From contig NW_003314293.1 of the NCBI RefSeq assembly GCF_000143415.4, positions 434,001 through 498,000 of the forward strand: a DNA stretch of 64,000 bases, given 5' to 3'. The notes beneath the pieces were generated by a model. The model did no database searches, had not been told where the DNA came from, and was given only the letters and a program-made list of their open reading frames with translations. A program made the translations under genes and the position numbers. This document shows, piece after piece, positions 53,098 to 64,000 of the stretch (the first letter of the stretch is position 1; each line of letters opens with the position of its first letter). This DNA is from Selaginella moellendorffii. Lineage: Eukaryota > Plantae > Lycopodiophyta.

Positions 53098-53712
53098 CTC
53101 CCCTAGGAGATCAAATAGTCAATGCTCCTAGTCCAATTTGGGTGGCACTACCTACTTAGATACTTAGTGTGGCTCAATAAAACTAGAGCACCCAAAAGTG
53201 GAAGGTGGGGAGAGTAGCCACGAGGCTCATATAGGGCCATAGTGTTCTGAAATGTTTTCCCAAAATCCCGGATTGTGAAAAGGAAGAGGAACAATCCTTT
53301 GGTGTAGTGACCCAAGATACAATCACATAGTGAGGAAGTCCTAGAGAACAGTGGGACTTAGCAATTGGGTTTGTGGGCTTTAGCCTAGCGGCAGTGTTGG
53401 CAAGCACGGCTGAAGAGGGATTTAGTGTTGACGGAAGAAGGGACATTAGGAAGGGTGTTCTTCATGTCCTTGGGCATCCCAAGGGTGCTAAGGGGTGGTC
53501 AAAGGATGACCACTTATGGACAGATGGCCCAATCTTTGAGAGATGAGATGGTGATGCACATGGTTTTGGACTACCAATATGACAAGGGTGAATGAACATA
53601 GCCTTAGCGTAATAGGCTAATATGTTGATGGTACCTTTGAGTGTCAGTCATGGGATCGGACACGTGGAACACTTGGACCAAGTGCAAAGGCTAAATGCCA
53701 TAGATGCCATTC

Positions 53713-54798
53713 TGTAGCGCACCTAAATTTAGAGTCGAACTCCAAGCCCGTTGCGCTACAAAACGAGGGTCTAATATAATCCCACGAGCACCAGCTCCCC
53801 GTATTTAGCACCTGCACACAAAATGGTGTCATACAGAGTCTGGCACAATTTTGGCATACCGGTGGCCTAACGTGAGGAGGAGGGTACCCCACCGACTAGA
53901 GCAGTGTAAAGCTTAGGCTTAGACCCAAGCTAGACGCAAAACAAAGAGTGACATAGCTCAGCGGGAGCAAAACTAATTGTAGCGCAACTTATCTCTCTCC
54001 CCTTAAACCAACTGGAAAAAGGGCAATTGCTTGATGAGAGAGCCTTTAGTGGCTATTTTATCCCTATTTATCCCCTAAGGTTCCAAGGATCCATGGTGAT
54101 AGTATATCCAAATCTCATCCCATGATCACATGTGCTACACTAATATCTCAAGCGGTCAAACATGCATTCCAACCACTATCCTACTATACATTTGGAACCT
54201 CCCATACTCTACCCCCCCCCCTTGAGGAACACACGCTTTGGGCTTTCACCCCAAGCCTCCCTTAGTACCAGGAGTTAGTCTCTGGGACAAGCGCGAAACT
54301 TACTAAATATGGAATAGCGCTAGATTGCGAATTTGGACACGGGACGAACACTATTATGTTCAGGCCGACCTCTACATTCTATAGATATGCCAAATGAACG
54401 AATCTAGACACTTTCCATAAATAGCATTTAGAACCAAAATGAGACTAACACAAAGGGCATGATAGCGAGGGTGTTTAACAGACACGGTAAACTATCATCC
54501 AGCGATATTGAGGGACTAATCTCAATACACGAGGGTTCTTGCTAAGCCAATGCAAGATAGAGTAAAAGAGAACTAAGAGCCAAGCCGAGAATACTCAGCT
54601 AGAAACATATAGGAGTTCCTACCTTATGTTCATCTGGCTAAGTACAAATGCTAAACCTAGTAAACTAACACTTAGACAAGAGGGGCTACTGAAAGGAACC
54701 AGTAGTACTGATCTCCTGCCATCATGGCAGTAAGGAAAGAGTGCCTGTAAGGACTTGCCAACAAGTATCTTTTGATACCCAAAGTCATATTCGCGACA
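53713..54798. mobile_element. Solo LTR (family H)
   Basis: TGTAGCG...CGCGACA ends; flanks CATTC/TATTC; carries the shared ACGCTTTGGGCTTTCACCC motif. Confidence 0.65.
53978..54139. mobile_element. Short solo LTR (family G)
   Basis: TGTAGC...GCTACA; perfect TSD CTAAT. Confidence 0.85.
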
Positions 54799-54921
54799 TA
54801 TTCACAAGGCTAACATGTCCTTAAGTCTTGAATAGGAATTATGGAGGTTGTAAGTGAGACTTTTCCAAATGGTTAAAGGTGTGGTTAAATGACTAAAGTA
54901 GAATGAAAAAATTAGTTTAGA

Positions 54922-56484
54922 TGTTGCATGTTTATGATGGCAAGTGTCTTGGCTTCAATGAGGATGCCTTCTTTGCAGATGATGTGTCTAATTAAGATGT
55001 TGGATTTGACAAAGAAGGTAGATTTTTTGAGGTTTAAGGCGATGTTCTTTTGACATTTGATGAAGCATTTCTCAAGATGTTGGAGAGGTTGTTCTTTGCT
55101 ACTGAAGACACTGAAGTTGTCCATAAAAACTCATATAAAGTCGATGAGGCAATCTTGAAATATGTCAATGATGATTCTCTAGAAAGTAAACAGTGCATTA
55201 GAAAGACCAAAAAGCATTTGTAAATAAGCATAAGCACCTCAAGGATTGATAAAGGCTATTTTGTGCTAATCTTCAAGTATGATGTGAACTTAATTGTAGT
55301 TGCTAAAGCTATCGAGAAATGAGTATATTTCATATCCAGCTATTGCATCAAGAATTTCATCAGAGAATGGAATTAGGAAGGTGTTTTTTTGGGTTGTTGA
55401 GCTTTTTATAATTAACATAGACTTTGAGTTTGCTACTTTTGTTGGGGACAATAACTAGTGGTGACAGCCATTCTAGATTCTGAATTGGGTAGATGAAGCC
55501 AGTGTTCTTGAGCTTGTCAAGTTCTTCTTTAACTTTCACTTGCATATTGGGGTTCATTTGATAGGCTGCTTGCTTTCTTAGTGTAGTTTGAGGTAGAAGC
55601 TCAATTTGGTGCATGTAGATCTCGGGAGGAATTCCTTGCAAATCTGTATATAACCAACAAAAATATCTTTGTACCCATTGAAAAGATTGATTATTTTTGT
55701 CTTGAAGTCAAGGTCAAGGTTTTTAGCAATATAGAGCTTATTTGGTTTGTCTTCAGTTCCTAAGTCGATTTCTTTAGTTGGCTCTTTAAGGTTCAACATT
55801 GAGGTGAGTCGAGTTCCTTCTTGTTGAAGTGCTGGATCTTCTTCAAAATTGATTTATTGATGAATTGGTTGGATTGTTTAAATTTGATTTTTGGTCGATC
55901 TCATTGCTTAATGTTGGTTGGTGTGTCGATGGGTGTTGAGTTTTCGTGACTTGGGAATTTGTCTTTAATGTTGCCTTTTTGAGTATTAGGATTTGTAATG
56001 CAATGTGTACTGTTCTTTAGGATGACTCGGTTGAGATCAACTTCGATGAGAGGCTTTAACTCTGGATATACCTTCAAGATTTGTGCTTCTTAGAAGTCGT
56101 TGAGACCTTCATTTCAGTCGTATTATTCAATGATAGTTGGTCAAAATATTTTTGCAATCTTCTTTATTGTAGTTATGGAGATTCAAGGGGCTTCTTAATG
56201 CTCTCTAAAGGTAATTGTGTTCTTTTGCCAGTATGTGACAATGTCAATTATTTTGAGCTAAGTTCATCCAAAGAGTACTTTATAGGAACTTTGGTTTTTC
56301 GCCATCTTGAGCATTAGGAAAGTTACCTTAAATTCTTGATCCTTGATCTTGATAGGAATATTGCATACAATTCCTAATGGTTGTATACTTTGATCATCGG
56401 CCATTTTGATGTTGAAGGGTGTAGGGTGGATTGGCCTAAGCCTCATTGGTTTGTAGATTGAATGCTTGATGATGTTGATACTAA
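54922..56484 (-). pseudogene. Degenerate gypsy protease-RT region
   Basis: HQIEL...VKEELDKL..GFIYPI...WLSPLVIV; FMDNF at the YxDD position. Confidence 0.8.
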
Positions 56485-59400
56485 GCTTTATTTCGTTAAA
56501 GTGGGAATTGTCATTATCCCACTTGTAAAATAAGGTTTCCAAACCTTTATATAGTATATAAATATAACAAAATTCAACTGCATTGAGGCACATGCCATTT
56601 TATTTTAAACAAGGAAATGTCTACTCAATCACTTCTCCTCCCCCTGCCACTGCTTCACCTCTCTCTTCTCCTTGTCATCGTCGTCCAATTTCTTTCCATC
56701 CTTTTAATATTGGCTCAGTTGCTCCGAGTCTAGGTGGAGCCCAAGTCCCCATTCAATCTTTACTTTCCCATTATTAATAAAACAACTTCGTAGACTTCCA
56801 ATAACATGCTGTAACACTTCTAGTATAATGCAAATCCTCTCAAAGAATTGTCTTTTAATATTAATACAATTGCATGGAACACCATGCCATAATAAGTTAC
56901 ATTTTTAAATAAATACATGCCATCTCAGACTGTTATTTTTTGCCTCCAACGCCTATACAATAATCTTGGAATTTCATCACTCTCCACACTATCAGGATTT
57001 AAACCCAATAGTAATGCCATCTCTTCTCTAATACGTCCACGCTCATGTTCAGTGGTCGAAGAACCCATCCGGTTGAGCAGATTATGGAGATGCGGATAGT
57101 GCTTGGCTAGACAATATACATACCATAAATGATGACTGGTGTCTGTCCGATCAAATGGCTTCTGATATACCGTTCCATCTGCCATTTGGTTGATTTCTGC
57201 AGCCACCTCCTGGACTGGCCGGTTCTCTATCACCATCGCTCCAAGCCATTTTGCAAGGTCCCCCAGAACATACGGTTTCTTCTCCCTAGTTTCCATACTG
57301 CAAGAGATGGGGTGCACTGCATATGTGTGCGTGTTCGCTGCAGTTTTAATCGGCGAGTCATCGATGATGAGGATTTCACTTGAGCTAGCAGTCCGGTTCA
57401 TCACTACAGCCTCTGGCTTGACGAAGATGGGCTTGCTACCCCTCACATGGACCATAGTCAAGCAATCCTCCTGCGTTAGGAAAAATTCAAATGGTAATAT
57501 TACTCGCGTCTGATCGTGCATCATCTGTAGCAACGTTAATGCATTGTGGCGCATCATGGATGTCCAAACTCCCAATTGCAAATTGAACCCGGCCCTCTGT
57601 TTTAAGTGTCGCATGGTCATTATTAGATCCCGCAGTTTCTCCCGTGTGATTAATGTGAATCTGTCTCTTTTGACCAACTTGCGACCCCAGGCTTTGGAGG
57701 GTGCAATGACATTCGAGGACGAGCCACGCTCATGGGAGAAAAGGACACCGTTCAGATCAAAAACGATACAGTACCTTCGCCGTGACTCTGAAATGAAATG
57801 CGTCAGCATAAAAAATGGTACAAGTCAATTTTACCATCTACAATATTAGCGAATGTTGCTCCCGATGGTCGTTGAGAGGGTTTTGGTCGAGGAAACGTGA
57901 AGGGCGGAAATACTCTCCTCTGCAATGTGGGGTCAATCGCATCCGATGGCGTGTGGGCACATGCCATTTCAGCTGTAGACTCTGGTACAACTGGCTCAAC
58001 AGTGGCATGGGGTGGTTCCGATGGCGTGTGATCACACGCCATTTCAGCTGGTGCCTCCGTTGGCAAAGTGGACATGACCGAACAGGCAGCAGGGGCGGTG
58101 TAGGGAGGTTCCAACGGCGCGTAGTCAGACGATTGGGCACACGTTGAGTCCGTTGGAAATGAGGATACGACCGGCTCGGCGGCTGGGGCGGCCTCATGTG
58201 GGTCCAATGGCGCCTGGTCACCGTCAGTTGGATACGTGGACAAGATTGACTCAGTGGTATGGGCAGCATCAAGTGGAGCGTGGTCAGCTTGCTTGGCGTT
58301 GATATGGATAGTAGCCTCCACCAGCTCTGATGACTCTTGCAGCCAAGTAGAGTCCACTAGCGGATCCATATGCATGTCCAAATATCTCCCTTCGATTGAG
58401 ATGGTATCCTCCCGTGCTACTAAAAACAAACTCATTAGCACATTGAATCGACTATACTGTATTTACCATCAACTGCTATTGAGGAACTAGGACCGATATC
58501 ACTTGGGCGCACTGCTGATTCTGAAGGATTGGACATACGTTTCGACCCTTGCTTGGCACTATCCTTCCTCGACACTAAAGGCTAGAGTTTGTAAATTCAA
58601 CTGAATAATCTCTACTTACCATTTGCTCTGCGACCTACATGGACAATGTTAGAAATGGTAAAAGGTTAGGAATGGATGTATTATTATTTACCTGATGGTT
58701 TGTCTTGTATGACCTTCCTCCGCCGCTCTTTGGCCACCTCAGGCTGGCCATCGTCGTCATCATCGTCGTCGTCGTTATTGTGATCGTCACCATTGTGAGG
58801 ACCATCCAAGTCCTCTTCGTCCTCCTCTTCTTTGTCCTCCTCTTCGTCCTTCTGCTCTTCTTGCTCATTATCTTTCTCTGGCTCCTCATCCCCCTCCTAC
58901 ATTTCTTCCATAGGCTGCTCAGGCTGGATGGCTTGTTCTTCCAGGACCATCTTGGGAAAATCATCTGGCCGAGTCTCCATCTCAAAATACAAGACATCCA
59001 TAGCCTGTTTTAGTGCGTGACCTAGGACCGTATCCTCACCCGACTGTCTTAACATGGTTTCTGCACGTTCTTGCACCCTTCGAAGACGACGAGATGAGAA
59101 AAACGTGGCCCTGCCTTGAAAAGCTTCCCTCATCCATTGTACCTCTCCATTGAGATTGGGGAAGGGGAGTCCGCCATAGGAATCTGAGTCATGAGGTGGT
59201 GACTGCCTGCTTTCACTCAGCCCTTGATCTGCAATGAATGGCATGAGCACACACGCCATAACCGCGAGGCATTACCTATCATCTTTTCGTTGCCCTTCTT
59301 CCTTTTCGAATCAAATGCCTCTGATCTCGACGACTGTCCAACGTGCTTTCGCTTTTTATGACCACTGTCAGTTTGAGCTTGGCTGGTGCTTGCCTGTTTT

Positions 59401-62400
59401 GCCTTTGAAGAAGTTTCTCCTGCAAGGAATGGCATGAGACCACACGCCATTGCAAATATAATTTGTACCTCCTTTTTTCCTATTGCTTTTCTGTTTGTCC
59501 TTCTTCGATGCGCCACCAGTGCGCTTTTCAGTCCTCGTGTCTGAATATTCACAACGATCTATAATCAAAATGGCGTGAGGCCTCACGTGACCTTACCTTG
59601 TGCAGGTTGTGAGCTCGGCCCAACATGGGTATCTTCAACAGTAGCTGTTAACGCCGTTTCAGCATCTGGGGGTGGCCACGCTCCTGCATACAGAGCTTGT
59701 GAGATAACATTTAAACTTAAAGTGCGTACTCACCAGGTTCGCAGAGAAGATACTGTTTTTCTTTGGCAACTGTAATTATATGCTCCATTGAAGTCATCTC
59801 TTCAATGGAGTTTGTCACCGCAACACAAGGGACACCCTTGAGTAGTGCGGCTCGAAAGAATAGTCCGCCGCAGTTGTACTCGACAACGCATTTGCCCTTG
59901 GAGTCGGAAGCAGGTGACCCACCCGCTATTGCGTTGAAGACCCAGCTGAGCATTTCCCATGCTGTACCTGGAGCTTTCTTTGGATTCGAAAGCTCCATAG
60001 CCGTCTTCAGTTCCTCAGGCACGGGTAAATTGACCTCCCTCAGATCAATTCGATTGGCCTTGTCGAACGAAGCTGGGAAGTCACTCCAGTCCCACTCTGT
60101 TGCAGGACCAATAACAAGGGTGAGTGTGAAGATGCGGACATTCGTCGGTATCTTCTTCTTAGCCATTATCCCATGGATCTCCCGCATCTCCTTGCCTTTC
60201 AACCGAGCCTTCACCTCGTTCAAGGCCTTCTAGAACTTGTGATAGGATTCGGAGTCGTAGATCATATAGTGGACTGAAGATTCCACCTCCGCAAGTCCCA
60301 CCATAAAGTCAATGATGGAGCTGACTTCGTCTGCATGAGTGATCTCCTCGTTTGTGAAGTCCATCACACAAAAGATGTTCTTGACCTGCTCATCTCCGCG
60401 GGAAACGATGCTCCTCCACCTTTGATCCTCATCCAAATTCAAGTATACCCGGTAAGGTTCTCGATAGGCCTCTGCTGCGGGGTCGAGCTGTTTCTGAAGC
60501 CGGCGGTCGACATCAATCTTAATGAAATTTGGATACTGATCCAACTTCTCAGCTTTACTTTTCGTGGCATCCCGCAGCAGATCGATGAACTTGGGGGCCC
60601 CCTTCACGTACTCGTCGATGTCTTCATTTGACAACTCCAGCGCTTCCATCATCTCTTGCGTGGTGTCGATGCTCACCCTCTCCACGGCCACTTGCTCGAA
60701 GATCCAATCCTTCAATAGCGCACGAGCTCTCAGAGTCGTGCACAAGTCCTCGTATGTCACAATATGGCCGGGAGTCATTTTGGTCTTGTTGAAGACAACC
60801 TCACCACGTAGAAGAGCATTAGCCACTGTCAGAAGGTCGTCGTCGTCTAGAGACCGCGAGAAACGCAAGGCGTTGAGCTTCAAATCATTGGGCTTCCGGC
60901 CGTCCTCCACACCCATTGAGTTTGGCAACTCCCCGTCATGGTACCTCCTCAGCACATCTACCCATTTGTCAAAAACAACTTTTGTCGCGAGTAGAATGTT
61001 ATGGATGCTGAGTGTGTCATTGACCCCCAGTGTTTTCGAGAGAAGACTCGAGAATTCCTGCAATGGAAATGGCGTGAGGCCACATGCTATGCCACATGCA
61101 ACGAGGCTTACCTGCCAGGCGCTAGTTGCTAGTGCACGTCCTTGTCCTGGTTTTTGTGGCTTCTTCAGTTGAACCCAGAGCTTCCGTGTTCGTGCCAATG
61201 TCTCGTGCAGACCCGATTTGTAGCACGTTTCTTGCTTGACATTCTGCGCGTGGGAGATGTATATGATAGATCGGAGGGGCGAGTTGCCTTTTATCAGGCG
61301 GACAACTCTTGTCTTGAAGACTTTCTTCACCTCCTCGCCCACCATAATATCCACAACTATCTCTTGCATCGCCAAGCTAGAATGCTGCCCGGAGACGGCA
61401 TAGAACCGGATGTTCTGATCGTCCAACACCTTCCTATTGATCAAGTCTGGAAACCTCGTCTCGCCCTTCATTGTTCGGTAGTAGGGGATCACGTCTGCGA
61501 TGTCGGGTGTTACTGGACTTGCCAGCATCTTCTGCTTCAGTTTCTCCACCCACTCATCAGATACTAGCCTGTGGTTGTATTTGCTTTGGATGTCGATACG
61601 GCTCACGTCGATTGTATATACATTGTTGGAATAGTAACAAGTACTATTATCTGCAACGATTTTTGCTGCCTCTTCTTGCTCTTTCTGCTCTTTGCGGCTC
61701 TTCTTTTTGGTGGGTGTAGTGTTCGAACCCGAGGCAATGGCATCACTGAGTAGCTTCTTTTTTGGAGCAGGAGAGTCGGACGTCGGCTTGAGCTTGACCA
61801 CCCTTTTCTGCTTCGAGGTAGTTTCCAGATCGACCCCCTTCCCCTTTGCTTCGCGAACTGGAGTCACTCTCAACGGCTCAATGTTGGAATATAGTTTTTG
61901 AACATCGCCGTAGGTGAGGTCCGTGGATTCCATGTGATCTTCATAGACCCGCAGCGTCTTTGAAATTGTGGGCCTCCTGGACAACCTCTCCCTAGCTCCC
62001 TCTAGGAATTCCTCATAGCCGCTGCCCCCCTCCGGGAAGCCGCTAGGATGTGCAAGGTGGATCTTGAAGGCAGACGCTGTCTCTACCACAAGTGCCAGTC
62101 CATATTCTTGCATGGAACTGCATGGAGTGTCTGTCACTTGGATGAGGATCCCCATGCATTCTTTTCTCCCACCATCTGTGTTGTACAGCCTCAGATCCTC
62201 GCCTTCTATCCCGAAAGTCCAACTGGTGAGCTCCTCCCCCTTCTCTGCATCCACATTGACAGTGGCTGGAAGAAGAACGCAATTCCTCGCCTGTTCAGAA
62301 ATGCACAACAATTAGAGCTGACAGATGAAAAGCTAGTAGCTGGAAATAACGTGAGGCCACACGCCATTCACCACTGCATCAGATGTCTTGAGGCTGCATC

Positions 62401-64000
62401 CTAAGATGGCGTGAGGCTACACGCCATCTGTAACCGGACTGCACTCGAGAGCCCAATCGGTGCATGCCAATGTTGCTACTGAATGGCATGTGGCCTCATG
62501 CCATTTTCTACTTGGCCTAAAAGACTTACCATTTGAAGCCGAATGGAGGCGTGACAACCGGACTCGCTGGCGAATGTGCACTGTGTGTGCAGCGGATCGT
62601 AGCAGCAAGGCTACTCTGCCACTTACAGTTGGAGAGTGGCGCTGAAATCTCCCCGGACGCCAAGTGGGCTGCGTGTGGGTGGCGGAGTGGGCGGCGGAGT
62701 TGGCGGCGAAGTTACAAACTGGGTGTGTCTTGAAGTGGACGCCGATGCACACGAGCGCGATGCGAGCGCGAGTGTGATGCAAGCGCGAGTGGACGCCGAT
62801 GCACACGAGAAACCTGTAAAGAAGTGGGAGCGCGAGTGGGAGCGCGATGCGAGCGCGAGTGGGAGCGCGATGCGAGCGCGAGTGGGAGCGCGATGCGAGC
62901 GCGAGTACGAAGCAAAATGCAAAACCTAACCTCACACGCGCGAAATGTCACGACGGTTGGTAATCCCGCCACGTCATCATTTCTCGGACTTGGGCGCCAC
63001 CATTAATTTCTGGATCGGCGCGCGCATGCGTGAAATCCAAAAGAAATCCGCAACGTCATCATTCCTCGGACTGCATGCACGCGAAATCCAAAAGAAAGAT
63101 CATGATTGGGATATCATTTAATACCCTCGCTATATTTATACCATGCATGATTGGATATTCCAAAGCATCTTGTATTTCCAAAAATGCCAGATGTTCAGCT
63201 AAATAAATTGTCAGAGGATTTGATGTGACGTTCAAGCATGTGGGCTCATGCAATTTTGATCCTAAAAAATGCACCAAAAAATGCTCGGCGTCATCTGGCG
63301 TTATCTCTTGAATGGCGTGGGGCCGCATGCCATTTTCAGGAGCACATAGGAGTATATTCCTAGAATATTCTAACACGCGCGAGATTGTTTTGAGTTTCCT
63401 GGAGATCCAACCGTTAGATCGCAACTAGATTTTACAGAATGGTATACAATGTCCTTCTTGATGACCCTGCAAAGAAGCATCTCGATCGGACACCACATGA
63501 GACCACACGAGCCTTACAATGTTTCAGGGGCATTTGCCATAGATCCGACCGTTATTTTGCTCCAAGATTCTACAGTTTGGTGTGCATTGACCTTTCCATC
63601 GACACTGCGAAGGGACATCACAATCAGATGCGGGATCACAAGAAACCAACTTCACTAACTCTGGTTTCACCAAGATCTACATAAGGAGTTATGAAATGAA
63701 AGGACCCTCTCTATTGAAATGTGTTTATGGTCCTAGGGGCATTGTGACATATCCAAGGATTTTGCATCAAGTTCTGTATTTGCATGTTTATCAAGCTACT
63801 GAATTGCTAAACCTTAAACCCTAAACCCTAAACATGTGGCAAATGCTGCGTGAAGAAAGATGCCCTTTCTGGGCAAATGCTGTAAGAGGCAGATGCCGAG
63901 CAGATGTATCTCAGGCTAGTGAAGGGGACAAACGAAAGCTAGCAACCAAAGGAATGTAAGCAACCAAAGGAATGTAAGTAGGGCATGTGTTTGTAAGTTT
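56485..64000 (+). mobile_element. Sola-like family B copy 2, inverted, running off the window
   Basis: Near-identical reverse complement of ~38820-45909; TIR at 56485-56506. Palindromes at 57947, 58022, 59239, 59430, 59571, 61070, 62407, 62484 and 63313. Confidence 0.85.
56925..62532 (-). pseudogene. Cargo gene copy 2: ParB-like, MTase-like and FCP1/HAD-like domains (more intact)
   Basis: A 693-aa ORF reads through an in-frame 54-bp intron; YCIVFDLNGVL, LGVWTS and IIDDS motifs; one stop at 60230. Confidence 0.72.

Larger units (their letters stand above)
53098..54921. mobile_element. Family D LTR, inverted, second part (with nested insertions)
   Basis: 53098-53712 and 54799-54921 are reverse-complement homologous to ~6489-7250. 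Confidence 0.75.

Noticed and set aside
63941-63980. TGTAAGCAACCAAAGG matching the TRIM LTR end
   Set aside because: Only 16 bp, created by an 18-bp local duplication; too little to call an insertion.

Overview
Eukaryotic, plant-like DNA (TTTAGGG motifs, GT-AG introns mostly ~47-60 bp, two 100-N gaps) made entirely of nested transposable elements; no ordinary host gene is evident. There are two large cargo-carrying DNA transposon families, each in two copies. Family A is Mutator-like (75-12273; 19365-30288). Its GCM/DDE/SWIM transposase is transcribed divergently from a spliced gene encoding a ParB-like domain plus a beta-class N6A/N4C DNA-methyltransferase-like domain, and it also carries small CPxC...H zinc-finger genes. 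Family B is Sola-like (34170-45909; inverted copy 56485 to beyond 64000). Its transposase is transcribed divergently from a spliced gene encoding ParB-like, degenerate MTase-like and FCP1/HAD-like domains. Family B is studded, including in its short introns, with a 20-bp palindrome TGGCRTG-N6-CAYGCCA. The rest comprises degenerate Ty3/gypsy elements, a near-complete chromovirus, 5S-bearing Cassandra-type TRIMs and solo LTRs with 5-bp TSDs. Best candidate new system: transposon-borne ParB/amino-methyltransferase modules, with parS-like sites in family B, possibly for self-marking or anti-silencing. Domain calls come from motifs recognised by eye, not from database searches.
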